This document shows, in pieces, positions 18,869 through 27,290 of a DNA stretch of 56,466 bases (its first letter is position 1; every line of letters starts with the position of its first letter). The notes beneath the pieces were generated by a model. The model was not told where the DNA came from, did no database searches, and worked only from the letters and a program-made list of their open reading frames with translations. Source of the stretch: Actinomycetota bacterium (GTDB lineage: Bacteria > Actinomycetota > UBA4738 > HRBIN12). The DNA lies in the NCBI GenBank assembly GCA_016201135.1, contig JACQDK010000005.1, positions 1 through 56,466 of the forward strand, given 5' to 3'. Both the position numbers and the translations under genes were made by a program.

Positions 18869-18933
18869 ATGCTAGGCACCGAGGGATGGGTCCGTAGGGA
18901 CCAAGGTCCTCTCGTCGAGGGGTCCATCGACCC
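18869..18933 (-). promoter_or_regulatory. tmd operon promoter with two tandem DosR/DevR-like boxes
   Basis: -10-like TAGCAT (minus strand, 18869-18874); TAGGGAC-CAAG-GTCCTCT (core 18897-18910) and GGGTC-CATC-GACCC (18920-18933). Same spacing as the usp promoter. Confidence 0.7.
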
Positions 18934-18944
18934 TGGCAGGGCCC

Positions 18945-19808
18945 CTACGCTTCGAGGTCCGGCAGATCCGACAGCCAGGGCGTGCGGTAGCCCGTCTCGT
19001 CCCACATGACCGGGAAGAACGACTCGTCGAGCGAAAGGTCCCCGCGCCGGCGGTAGCGGGAATAGATCAGGTCGGCGTTGTGCTCGTGGAATCGCGCCTG
19101 CACCGGGAGCATGTGCGACACGAGCGCCATGCGCGCCACGGAGGCGTTGGCGTTCGGCTCCGAGCCGTGCCAGGTGAGGTTGTGGTGGAACGAACCCCCA
19201 CCGGCCTTCACGACCACGGGCACCACCTCGACCGGGTCGCCGGGGTGTGCGGCGGCGCGGACGCCGGCCATCCAGTCATCCGGCGCGTGGAACTGGGAGC
19301 GCGCGGGCGGGGACTTCGGCCAGAGGTGCGAACCCCGAACGTAGGCGATCGGGCCGGCGTCGGCCGCGGTGTCGTGCAGCGAGATCCAGCAGGTGGTCAT
19401 CTCGGGCGGCACGAGGTAGTCGGCGTACGAGCCGTCCTGATGGAACCCGATCGCCTTGGTCCCCGGCGGCTTCCACAGCACGTTGTCCTGGAGGATCCGC
19501 ACTCCGCGGTAGCCCATCAGCTGCGCCGCAAGCCTTCCCGTGCGTGCCGAGAGCACCTGCGCGGCTATCAGGTTGTCGGAGCGCCAGCCGTTGCAGATCT
19601 GGCGGGTCCGGTCGTCGGGGTCCCGGCCCTTGACCCAGTTCACCTCGTCGGGCTTGATCCCCGTCTCGTACTCGCCGTCGAACAGACGCAGGTACCGCTC
19701 ACGGAGCCGGTCGAGCGCCTTCTCCGGGACGAGCCCCTCCTCGACGATCAGGAAGCCGTCGCGGTGGAAGGATCCCACCTGCTCCTCTGTGAACCGCTCG
19801 ATCGTCAT
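18945..19808 (-). CDS. PhyH-family Fe(II)/2-oxoglutarate dioxygenase
   Basis: FHRDGFLIV, KPPG...FHQD (HxD), TCWISL, GSHLW, TWHGSEPN...R; ATG at 19808. Confidence 0.88.
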   Translation of the reverse strand: MTIERFTEEQVGSFHRDGFLIVEEGLVPEKALDRLRERYLRLFDGEYETGIKPDEVNWVKGRDPDDRTRQICNGWRSDNLIAAQVLSARTGRLAAQLMGYRGVRILQDNVLWKPPGTKAIGFHQDGSYADYLVPPEMTTCWISLHDTAADAGPIAYVRGSHLWPKSPPARSQFHAPDDWMAGVRAAAHPGDPVEVVPVVVKAGGGSFHHNLTWHGSEPNANASVARMALVSHMLPVQARFHEHNADLIYSRYRRRGDLSLDESFFPVMWDETGYRTPWLSDLPDLEA

Positions 19809-19816
19809 CGCCCTAC

Positions 19817-22153
19817 CTAGGAGCGCGGCCGGGTCTTCTCGGGGTCGTAGAACGGGAAGCGCTCCACGGTGGCGGCGATCCGCTTCTGGAGGCCGTCCAG
19901 CTTCCCGACCTCGAGCCCGGTGCCGAGCCCCGAGAACCGCACGGCGACGCGGGCGAGGGCGATCGTCTCGTTCAGCACGGGGGAGAGGGTGCCGCTGGTG
20001 ACGACGCCGACCTCCTGACGGCCAACGAAGACCGGATCGCCGTGGCCCGCCGGCTCGTTCCCCTCGAGCACAAGCCCGACGAGCCTGCGCTGCGGGTGGG
20101 CGGCGCGCTCGAGGAGCGCCTCGCGCCCGACGAAGTCCTCCTCGTTCTTGAGGTTCACCGCGAACCCGATGCCGGCCTCGAGCGGGTCGACGGACTGGTC
20201 GAACTCGTTGCCGGAGACCACGAGTCCCGCCTCGATGCGCACGATGTCGAGGGCATCCAGACCGAACGGCTTCAGCCCGCGAGGCTCCCCGGCGGCCCAG
20301 ATCGCGTCCCACACCGCCTCGCCGTCGCTCGGGTGGCACCACACCTCGTAGCCGAGCTCACCCGTGTACCCCGTGCGCGAGACGACGATAGGGATGCCGT
20401 CGGGCCTCTCCACCCGTCCCACCAGGAACCGGAACCAGCCGAGCTCCGGCAGCGAGGGCTGGGTGGGCGGGGTCCAGACCACCTGCTGCATGATCTCCCT
20501 GCTGTTCGGACCCTGCACGGCCAGGTTGTGCAGCTGGTCGCTGGAGGGCTTCACCCACACCCGCAGGCCCAGGCGCTCGGCCTGCTCCTTCAGCCACACC
20601 CCGTCGTAGTCGGCGCCGCCGATGAACCGGAAGTTGTCCCGGCCGAGCCGGAACACGGTCGCGTCGTCGATCATGCCGCCGGTCTCGTTGCACATCGCGG
20701 TGTACGTGACCTGGCCGACCGAGATCCGGCGGGCGTCGCGGGTGATGGTCGCCTGGATCAGGTCTTCGGCGTCGGGGCCGAGGACCTCGAACTTCCGCAG
20801 CGGCGAAAGATCCATGATCGCCGCCTGCTCGCGGCAGGCCCAGTACTCCGCGATCGCACCCTCGTTGTTGAAGTGCGAGGGCAGCCAGTAGCCGGAGTAC
20901 TCGGTGAAGTTGCGCGTGAGGGGTTCCGTCCTCGTGTGGAAGGCGGTCTTCTTGGTGAGCACCGGCCGGGCCTCCGGTGTGACGCGGTGGGCTATGGCGA
21001 CGCTGAAGCGCTCCTGCGGCGAGTACACGCGCACGTGCACATCGGTCGGGTCCCAGGCGTTCGCTGGGTCGATGTCGTCGGGGCACGCCGAGGACGCGCA
21101 GACGAGATCGGTCATGGCCCGCAGCAGGACGTAGTCGCCGGGCCTGGACCACGGCTCGTCGGAGACCAGGACGTTGTCCGCCGTGAACGCCGTGTTGAAG
21201 AAGAAGTTCAGCGCCGGCCAGCCCTTGCGCGCCGCGATCGCGTAGGACTCGATCTGCTCGTTGAAGTTGTCGGTGCAGTTGACGTGGCCGGGGTACCCCA
21301 TGTCCTCGTAGTACTTCGCGTTGCAGGCCAGTGCGAACGTGTCGTGCCGGCCGACGGTGTCGCGGACGACCTCGACGAGCGCCTCCAGGTCCGCGTCGTA
21401 GAACTTCCCAGAGAGCCCCGGGGTCGGGTAGGCGTTGCCCATGAGGGTGCGCGTTACCGTGGCGTCGAGGCCTCGTTCGATCCCGTCCTCGAGCTTGCGC
21501 CGGTGGAACGCGAGGAAGTCGGAGCACTGCCGGCCCTCGACGTCGATGACCTGGATGAACTCGCCCGCCTTGACCTCGTAGCTGCGGGCGGTGGCGTGAT
21601 CGATGCGGAAGTCGAGTCGCGGCTCCGCGAGCGGGGGAGGGAGCTCCATGTCCTCATGGGTGCGCGGCACCGTCCGGCGAACCTCCACCACGAGGTCCGA
21701 AGGCGGCGGGGCCCCGTCGACCACGCGCCCGGCCGGGGCCGCCACCACGACGATCACGGGGCGACCGGCCACGAACGGATGGGACGACCCCGGGGGAGAC
21801 CACTCGCCGAAGAGCCGGACCGCCATGGCCTCGGTCGGGTTCAGCCCCCGCGAGGCCAGGTCCTGGACCACCTCCCCGGCGCCACCCGCGAGCGAGGCCA
21901 CCAGCGCGCGAAGGACCGTGGCCGGCGCGTCGGCCCGGACCCCGAGCGCGTCCGCCGCGTCCTGGCCGTCGGGAGAGAGCGCGGTGACCTCCGCCGCCTG
22001 CCCGCCGTCGAGATCGATCACGGTCAGGCGATCGTCGGGGGACAGGGGAAGGACCGTGGCGCCGCCGGGTCGCACCCAGTACCGCTCGAGGTACGGATCG
22101 GGCGGGCGCATGCCCGCTATCAGGAGCTTGCGGCCGCTCGCCTCGATCGTCAT
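19817..22153 (-). CDS. tdm: Trimethylamine N-oxide demethylase (DUF1989 + GcvT fusion)
   Basis: DUF1989 region (IDVEGRQCSDF, RHDTFALAC-x15-C with H three residues before the second Cys, then x63-C in SACPDD) fused to a GcvT domain (DLSPLRKFEV, SRTGYTGELGYE). Size and Cys spacing match recalled Methylocella Tdm. Confidence 0.85.
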   Translation of the reverse strand: MTIEASGRKLLIAGMRPPDPYLERYWVRPGGATVLPLSPDDRLTVIDLDGGQAAEVTALSPDGQDAADALGVRADAPATVLRALVASLAGGAGEVVQDLASRGLNPTEAMAVRLFGEWSPPGSSHPFVAGRPVIVVVAAPAGRVVDGAPPPSDLVVEVRRTVPRTHEDMELPPPLAEPRLDFRIDHATARSYEVKAGEFIQVIDVEGRQCSDFLAFHRRKLEDGIERGLDATVTRTLMGNAYPTPGLSGKFYDADLEALVEVVRDTVGRHDTFALACNAKYYEDMGYPGHVNCTDNFNEQIESYAIAARKGWPALNFFFNTAFTADNVLVSDEPWSRPGDYVLLRAMTDLVCASSACPDDIDPANAWDPTDVHVRVYSPQERFSVAIAHRVTPEARPVLTKKTAFHTRTEPLTRNFTEYSGYWLPSHFNNEGAIAEYWACREQAAIMDLSPLRKFEVLGPDAEDLIQATITRDARRISVGQVTYTAMCNETGGMIDDATVFRLGRDNFRFIGGADYDGVWLKEQAERLGLRVWVKPSSDQLHNLAVQGPNSREIMQQVVWTPPTQPSLPELGWFRFLVGRVERPDGIPIVVSRTGYTGELGYEVWCHPSDGEAVWDAIWAAGEPRGLKPFGLDALDIVRIEAGLVVSGNEFDQSVDPLEAGIGFAVNLKNEEDFVGREALLERAAHPQRRLVGLVLEGNEPAGHGDPVFVGRQEVGVVTSGTLSPVLNETIALARVAVRFSGLGTGLEVGKLDGLQKRIAATVERFPFYDPEKTRPRS

Positions 22154-22156
22154 CGG

Positions 22157-23563
22157 CTATCCCTTGCCCGCGGATTCCTTGAGCTCGTCCGCGGAAGCCT
22201 GCGACACGAGCTGCTCCGCCAGCTCACGCTTGCCCTTCGCGTCGAGCTTCTTGACCTCGTTCTCGACCGCTCGGCGGTTGTAGGCCTGGTTCCAGTAGTC
22301 GAGCGAGTCGAAGCCGAGAAGGACCGCCTTGCCGACGAACTGGCGGAGCACCTCGTTCGTGGGGCCCATGACCCAGCCCGCCTTCGCGTCGCGCAGGTAT
22401 CGCTCGAGCTCCATGTCGCGCTTGTAGCCGGAACCGCCGCACGCGTGCAGCATCTTGTCCACCACGTGCGCGACGTTCTTCGCGGCTTCGAACTTGATCT
22501 GCCATGCCCAGTGAAGGAAGTCCGCCCGCGCGAACTCGCCCGGGGCCAGGACCTTGGTGTTGTCGTCCGTGACCCCGTCCATCGCCTGTGCGACCGACAG
22601 GACGAAGAGACGGCAGGCGTTCGTGTCCATCAGGGCCTCGCCGACGTAGTCCTGGATCGTGGGGTAGTCGGCGACGCGAAGGCCCACGTCGACGTGCTTC
22701 TTCTTGGTGGTGTGGCGCTTCGCGATGTCGATCGCGCCGAGCGCGAGGCCATTCCACACCGAGGACGACCCCACCAGGAACCACGGGTCGACCGACTCGT
22801 CGTTCGAGGCGGCGCCGTCGCCTTCGGGCCCGACGAGCTGGGTGGTGGGGACCTCCACGCCGGGAACCTCGAGCGGGCCGGACTGGTTGCCGCGGAGCCC
22901 GAGCGCGTCCCAGAGCGAGGGCTGGGCCTGAACGTGCTCGCCGTCGATCACGAAGACCGACAGGTCGTCGTACCCGGAGAACTCGGGGCTGGTCGTCTGC
23001 ACTACGTAGAAGTCGGCGAAGCCCGCCGACGTCGTCCACGAGGCCTTCTTGCGGACCTTGTAAGCGTTCTCCGTACGGTCGGCGCCGGAGGAGACGGGGT
23101 ACCAGAAGTGGGAGCCGGTCTCGGGGTCGGAGTAGGAGAGCGTGCCGATCGTCTTGCCGGCCGCGAGCGGCCGGATGTACCTGTCGACCAGCGCCGGCGT
23201 GGCGCGCAGCAGGATCGCGTTCACGGCCCCGATGTGCATCACGTAGCACATCGCGGTGGAGGCGCATCCGTACCGCGCGATCGTCTCGCAGACCATCGAG
23301 TACGCGACGTGGCTCTCGCCGAGGCCGCCGTACTCCTCGGGCACCGTGAGCGCGAGGAAGCCGTGCTCTCCCAGTATCTCCAGGTTCTGCCGGGGGAACA
23401 TGAGCTCGTCGTCGAAGCGCTTGGAGTTCGCGCGTAGCTCCTTCTCGCAGAGGTCGATCAGCTTCGCGCGGAGCTCCTTCTGGCGCTCGGTGTAGACCCA
23501 CTCGGGGTCCCACTCGTAGCCCATCCCCCAGAACGGCTCGGAACCCCACATCTTGTCGCCCAT
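22157..23563 (-). CDS. Acyl-CoA dehydrogenase-fold flavoprotein (lacks the canonical C-terminal catalytic Glu; possibly a monooxygenase)
   Basis: LTVPEEYGGLG, SYSDPETGS, KASWTTSAGFAD, WDALGLRGNQS, CGGSGY...ERYLRDA, WVMGPTNE; GGAGG RBS before ATG at 23563. Confidence 0.85.
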   Translation of the reverse strand: MGDKMWGSEPFWGMGYEWDPEWVYTERQKELRAKLIDLCEKELRANSKRFDDELMFPRQNLEILGEHGFLALTVPEEYGGLGESHVAYSMVCETIARYGCASTAMCYVMHIGAVNAILLRATPALVDRYIRPLAAGKTIGTLSYSDPETGSHFWYPVSSGADRTENAYKVRKKASWTTSAGFADFYVVQTTSPEFSGYDDLSVFVIDGEHVQAQPSLWDALGLRGNQSGPLEVPGVEVPTTQLVGPEGDGAASNDESVDPWFLVGSSSVWNGLALGAIDIAKRHTTKKKHVDVGLRVADYPTIQDYVGEALMDTNACRLFVLSVAQAMDGVTDDNTKVLAPGEFARADFLHWAWQIKFEAAKNVAHVVDKMLHACGGSGYKRDMELERYLRDAKAGWVMGPTNEVLRQFVGKAVLLGFDSLDYWNQAYNRRAVENEVKKLDAKGKRELAEQLVSQASADELKESAGKG

Positions 23564-23620
23564 ATGTCCTCCAGGAGGTCGTTCTTCCCGCGGATGGTAC
23601 CGCCACCCGCCCCGATGACG

Positions 23621-23653
23621 CCGGGGCCGGCGGGTTCGTCCCGCCGGCCCCGG
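23621..23653 (-). terminator. 14-bp perfect hairpin downstream of the permease
   Basis: CCGGGGCCGGCGGG-TTCGT-CCCGCCGGCCCCGG; no U-tract. A -10-like TACCAT for the ACAD gene follows (23594-23599, minus strand). Confidence 0.6.
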
Positions 23654-23697
23654 GCGCAGCTTCCCCGTGCCTCGTACCTTCGCGTCTCGACCCCGGA

Positions 23698-25212
23698 TCA
23701 GCCGGAGACGGTCTCCTCCCGCAGCAGCTCCATCTGAGCCGCGCTCGGCATGGTCGGCACGTCGCGATCGCGGAAGGTGATCTTCGCCTTGTCCTCCACC
23801 GCGCGGCGGTAGAAGAACAGCAGCACCGCCACGACCAGGACGCCGACCGACATGAAGAAGGGACCACCGCTCGCCGAGTACCCGCCGATCGTCGCGGCGA
23901 GTCCTCTCTGGGTGAGACCCCAGACGACCAGGAACATGTTGAACGCCGCCAGGACCGCGGCGATCGGGGTCCAGATCTTGGCGACCTTGATCGGGCGCGG
24001 CCAGTTCGGCCGGTCCCTGCGCAGCAGCAGGAACGCCGTGAGCGCAAGGACGTGGGCGAAGACGTAGCCGAGGTTGGACAGGTACAGGATCGCCAGGTTG
24101 TTCGCGACGAACAGGATCAGCAGCGTGTTCACCACCAGGTCGACGGTCATCGCCCGGGCGGGCACGTGGTGCTTGTTCAGGTGGTGGAGCCACCTGATGC
24201 TCATGTCGTCGCGCGCGATGCCGTACAGCGCTCGTCCGCCGTCGGCCGTGGCCGAGTTCATCGAGAGCAGCAGGCTCGCGATCAGGCAGATCAGCGCGAT
24301 GCTGCCCAGCCCGCTGCCGGCGATCTTCTTGAACGCCTCCACGTAGAAAGGCCCGTAGTCGCCGTTGATCCCGACGACGCCGCCCAGCCCGATCGGCAGG
24401 AGCACGTAGACCAATAGGGAGAACACCGCGGCCGACCGGAGCGCGAGTGTGGTGTCGCGCTTCGTGTCGTGGTACTCGGGCGCGAAGCTCGCGCACACCT
24501 CGATGCCGTAGGCGGACCAGCACATGATGAACAGCCACATGATGGCCACCGAGAGCTTGCTGTAGCCCGGAACGGCCGTGTACGTGAGGTTCCCGCTCTG
24601 CCAGTGCCCGGTCAGGTAGGGCATGATGATGAAGACCACGAGCGGCACCATGAGCAGGGCGCCGGTGACGTAGCCGACCCGCAGCGAGGGCTTGACCCCG
24701 AAGACGTTGAACAGCCAGACCGCGAGGATCAGGCCGATCCCGATCAGCTGCGGCAGGCCGACGGAGACGAGACCCGTGCTGAAGTAGCCGGAGACGCCGT
24801 CCGCGCCCGCCGCCCCGCCGAACCTCGCGCTCGGGAACCACTGGGCGGTGATCAGACCGCCGATCAGGTTGCCGAACAGCGAGAGCACGACCGACCAGCC
24901 GATCCAGTAGCCGAACGCCGCGATCGGCCCGAAAAGGTTGAAGTACTTCCGCCAGCCCTCGTAGGCGTAGATCGCGATGCCGCCGGGCTTGTCCGGGAAC
25001 ATCGCCGCCGTCTCGGAGTAGATCCAGTTCTGGAGCAGCCCGACGACGGCGGAGATGCCCCACAGGATGACGGAGCCGAGCGCGCCGACCGTGGCCAGGG
25101 AGAAACCCAGCGAGCTGATGAGGAAGCCCGGGTTGGCGAGCGCGATCACGAACCCGTCGTACCAGTGCATCGACTTGAGGAGCTGCCTCTCCTCGATGAC
25201 CGCTTCAGCCAC
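23698..25212 (-). CDS. APC-family amino acid/amine permease
   Basis: About 12 hydrophobic segments, YSETAAMFPDKPGG, WSAYGIE...APEY, GRALYGIARD, WPRPIK; GTG start at 25212. Confidence 0.9.
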   Translation of the reverse strand: MAEAVIEERQLLKSMHWYDGFVIALANPGFLISSLGFSLATVGALGSVILWGISAVVGLLQNWIYSETAAMFPDKPGGIAIYAYEGWRKYFNLFGPIAAFGYWIGWSVVLSLFGNLIGGLITAQWFPSARFGGAAGADGVSGYFSTGLVSVGLPQLIGIGLILAVWLFNVFGVKPSLRVGYVTGALLMVPLVVFIIMPYLTGHWQSGNLTYTAVPGYSKLSVAIMWLFIMCWSAYGIEVCASFAPEYHDTKRDTTLALRSAAVFSLLVYVLLPIGLGGVVGINGDYGPFYVEAFKKIAGSGLGSIALICLIASLLLSMNSATADGGRALYGIARDDMSIRWLHHLNKHHVPARAMTVDLVVNTLLILFVANNLAILYLSNLGYVFAHVLALTAFLLLRRDRPNWPRPIKVAKIWTPIAAVLAAFNMFLVVWGLTQRGLAATIGGYSASGGPFFMSVGVLVVAVLLFFYRRAVEDKAKITFRDRDVPTMPSAAQMELLREETVSG

Positions 25213-25253
25213 TCGACACCCCTTCGAAGAACGACCCCCAGCCGTGACGGGCC

Positions 25254-25283
25254 GGTATAGCACGAAGCACCCGGCGCGTTCAA
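25254..25283 (-). promoter_or_regulatory. Sigma70-like promoter of the permease
   Basis: Minus strand TTGAAC-N18-TATACC with an extended TG. Confidence 0.45.
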
Positions 25284-25364
25284 TGGGAACTCCGTACAGG
25301 TTGTGCAGCAGCGGAACGCGCCCCGCGAGCTCCGGATCCAGATCCTCGGGCGTAGAATTAATGG

Positions 25365-25718
25365 GTGCGCGGGGCGACCATCACGATCAAGTGCGACTGC
25401 GGGCAGGTGCAGTACGTGCCGTACGGAGAATCGTGGACCTGCCCCGCGTGCGGCCGCCGGTGGAACACGAACCAGATCCCCGCCGAGGAGTACTGGGGCA
25501 TAATGCGCGAGATGCGCGGCTACCGATTGAGGGTGATCGGCGTCGCGCTGATCCTCGCCGGGGTCTTCGCCGTCCTGTTCATCACGACCGGTCCAGGCGC
25601 GATCTCGCTCGTTCCCCTGGTGATGGGAGGGTGGTTCTTCTTCTACATGCCCCGGTGGCGGCGGAAGGTGCGAGCGGCGACCCGCAGGCTGCCGAAGTGG
25701 CAGCTCCACCCGGAGTAG
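25365..25718 (+). CDS. Hypothetical small membrane protein with an N-terminal zinc ribbon
   Basis: CDC...CPAC followed by two hydrophobic helices and a basic tail. Confidence 0.75.
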   Translation: MRGATITIKCDCGQVQYVPYGESWTCPACGRRWNTNQIPAEEYWGIMREMRGYRLRVIGVALILAGVFAVLFITTGPGAISLVPLVMGGWFFFYMPRWRRKVRAATRRLPKWQLHPE

Positions 25719-25722
25719 CGCG

Positions 25723-26202
25723 GTGCGCACGAGGACGCGGGTCCGGCGTGACCTCTCCGGAGCCCCGCCCCGCGCGTCCGGCCGGCCCGTCCTGCTCGCG
25801 ACGCTCGGCGTCCCGTTCGACGAGCGCGCGGCGGCCTTCGCGGTCGACAGCGCCGTCGAGTCCGGGTCCCCCCTGATCGTGGCCAACGTGACCGCGCTCG
25901 AGCCGCTCGGCCTCTCCGTGATGCTCGGCTACGACGCGCTGGAGGAGTTCACCCCGGAGGTGTCGGCGTCGGTGCGTCGTCCCGTGGAGCTCGCCCAGTC
26001 GCTCGGGCTCACCGTCGAGCGGCTCCGCGTCCGGAGCCCCCGGCCCGTGCAGGCCCTCCTCGAGCTCGCTTCGTCCCGACGGGCGGGGCTCCTGGTGTTC
26101 GGTCCAGATCGCCGGGCGATCCGCGACCGGACCTACCGCCGGGCGATCCGGCGGATCCGCGAGGGGACCCCGTGCCTGCTCTCGACCGCCGACCCGGTAT
26201 GA
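25723..26202 (+). CDS. Universal stress protein-like
   Basis: PVLLATLGVPFD...AVDSAVESGSPLIVANV...GLLVFG...PCLL, a degenerate USP fold; next to an APC permease. Confidence 0.7.
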   Translation: MRTRTRVRRDLSGAPPRASGRPVLLATLGVPFDERAAAFAVDSAVESGSPLIVANVTALEPLGLSVMLGYDALEEFTPEVSASVRRPVELAQSLGLTVERLRVRSPRPVQALLELASSRRAGLLVFGPDRRAIRDRTYRRAIRRIREGTPCLLSTADPV

Positions 26203-26267
26203 GCGGGCGAGCTTATGTCTGGTTAGAACAGTGTTCATCCGGCGGCGCCGCGTCCTCGTGCGGGACG

Positions 26268-26290
26268 CATGTGTGACTACTGCACACATG
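26268..26290. promoter_or_regulatory. Perfect inverted repeat CATGTGTG-N7-CACACATG upstream of mgs operon 2
   Basis: 8-bp palindrome about 95 bp before the mgsA2 start; -10-like TAACGT at 26354-26359. Confidence 0.5.
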
Positions 26291-26384
26291 ATTCCGGGAG
26301 ATTGCGGTCTCGGCGAACCCCACATGGGGGTGCTCGCCCGAGCCGGCGGGCGGTAACGTTCAACCCTTCGAAAGGGGACCGTCG

Positions 26385-27290
26385 GTGTGCGGCATCGTGG
26401 GTGTGTTCTACAAGGGCGAGGGCGCCGTGGGGCCCGTCGGGCAGCTGATGACGGACATGTGCGACCAGCTCTTCCGCCGCGGGCCCGACTCGGCGGGAGT
26501 GGCTCTCTACGGGCCGCCGGTCACAGATGGCCTGGTCGTACGGGTCGACCTGGACCGTCCCGATCTCGACACGGCCGAAGGCGAGGTGCTGACGGCGGTG
26601 GATCAGGTCACGACGGTGAAGGAGGCCGCTCGGGTGTCGCGCTCGCTCCGGCTGATCGTGACGGATGACGCCGAGGGCAAGCTCGCCGACGTCATAGAGG
26701 AGCGCGTCCGGGATGCCCGGGTCTTCTCCGTCGGCCGGTCCATGGAGATCGTGAAGGATCTGGGGATGGCCTGCGACATCAACCAGCGATACGAGCTGGG
26801 GACGTTCGTGGGCAGCCACGGGATCGGGCACACGCGCATGGCCACCGAGAGTCGCGTCGACATCGCGCACTCACACCCGTTCTGGGCCCGCCCCTTCCCG
26901 GACATCTCCGTCGTCCACAACGGCCAGATCACGAACTACCACAAGCTTCGCCGCCGCCTGGAACAGCGAGGCCACCGCTTCGCCACCGAGAACGACTCCG
27001 AAGTCATCGCCGTCTACATCGCCGACAAGCTGGAGGCCGGCGGATCCCTCGATCAGGCGCTGCGAGCTTCGATCGAGGATCTCGACGGCACGTTCGCGTA
27101 CCTGATCTCGACCGCGAACGGGGTGGGCCTGGCCCGCGACCAGTTCGCGACGAAGCCTCTCCTTTACGCCGAAGACGACGAGAAGGTGGTCCTGGCCTCC
27201 GAGGAGATCTCGATCCGCGCGCTCTTCCCCGATCCGGGGCTCGTCCCCAGGGAGCTCCAGGCCAAGGAGGTGCGGTGGTGGCTGAGATGA
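26385..27290 (+). CDS. mgsA: N-methylglutamate synthase subunit A (class II GATase), copy 2
   Basis: MCGIVG, RRGPDSAGVALY, GHTRMATES, VHNGQITN, TENDSEVIA. Confidence 0.85.
   Translation: MCGIVGVFYKGEGAVGPVGQLMTDMCDQLFRRGPDSAGVALYGPPVTDGLVVRVDLDRPDLDTAEGEVLTAVDQVTTVKEAARVSRSLRLIVTDDAEGKLADVIEERVRDARVFSVGRSMEIVKDLGMACDINQRYELGTFVGSHGIGHTRMATESRVDIAHSHPFWARPFPDISVVHNGQITNYHKLRRRLEQRGHRFATENDSEVIAVYIADKLEAGGSLDQALRASIEDLDGTFAYLISTANGVGLARDQFATKPLLYAEDDEKVVLASEEISIRALFPDPGLVPRELQAKEVRWWLR

Noticed and set aside
20042-23437. Very long antisense or off-frame ORFs (e.g. 20042..23437 +, 29517..32444 -, 6659..8356 -, 3432..5063 -, 5' part of 49426..51819 +)
   Set aside because: Shadow ORFs of real genes in high-GC DNA; they carry no motifs and have Arg/Gly/Pro-rich or mirror composition.
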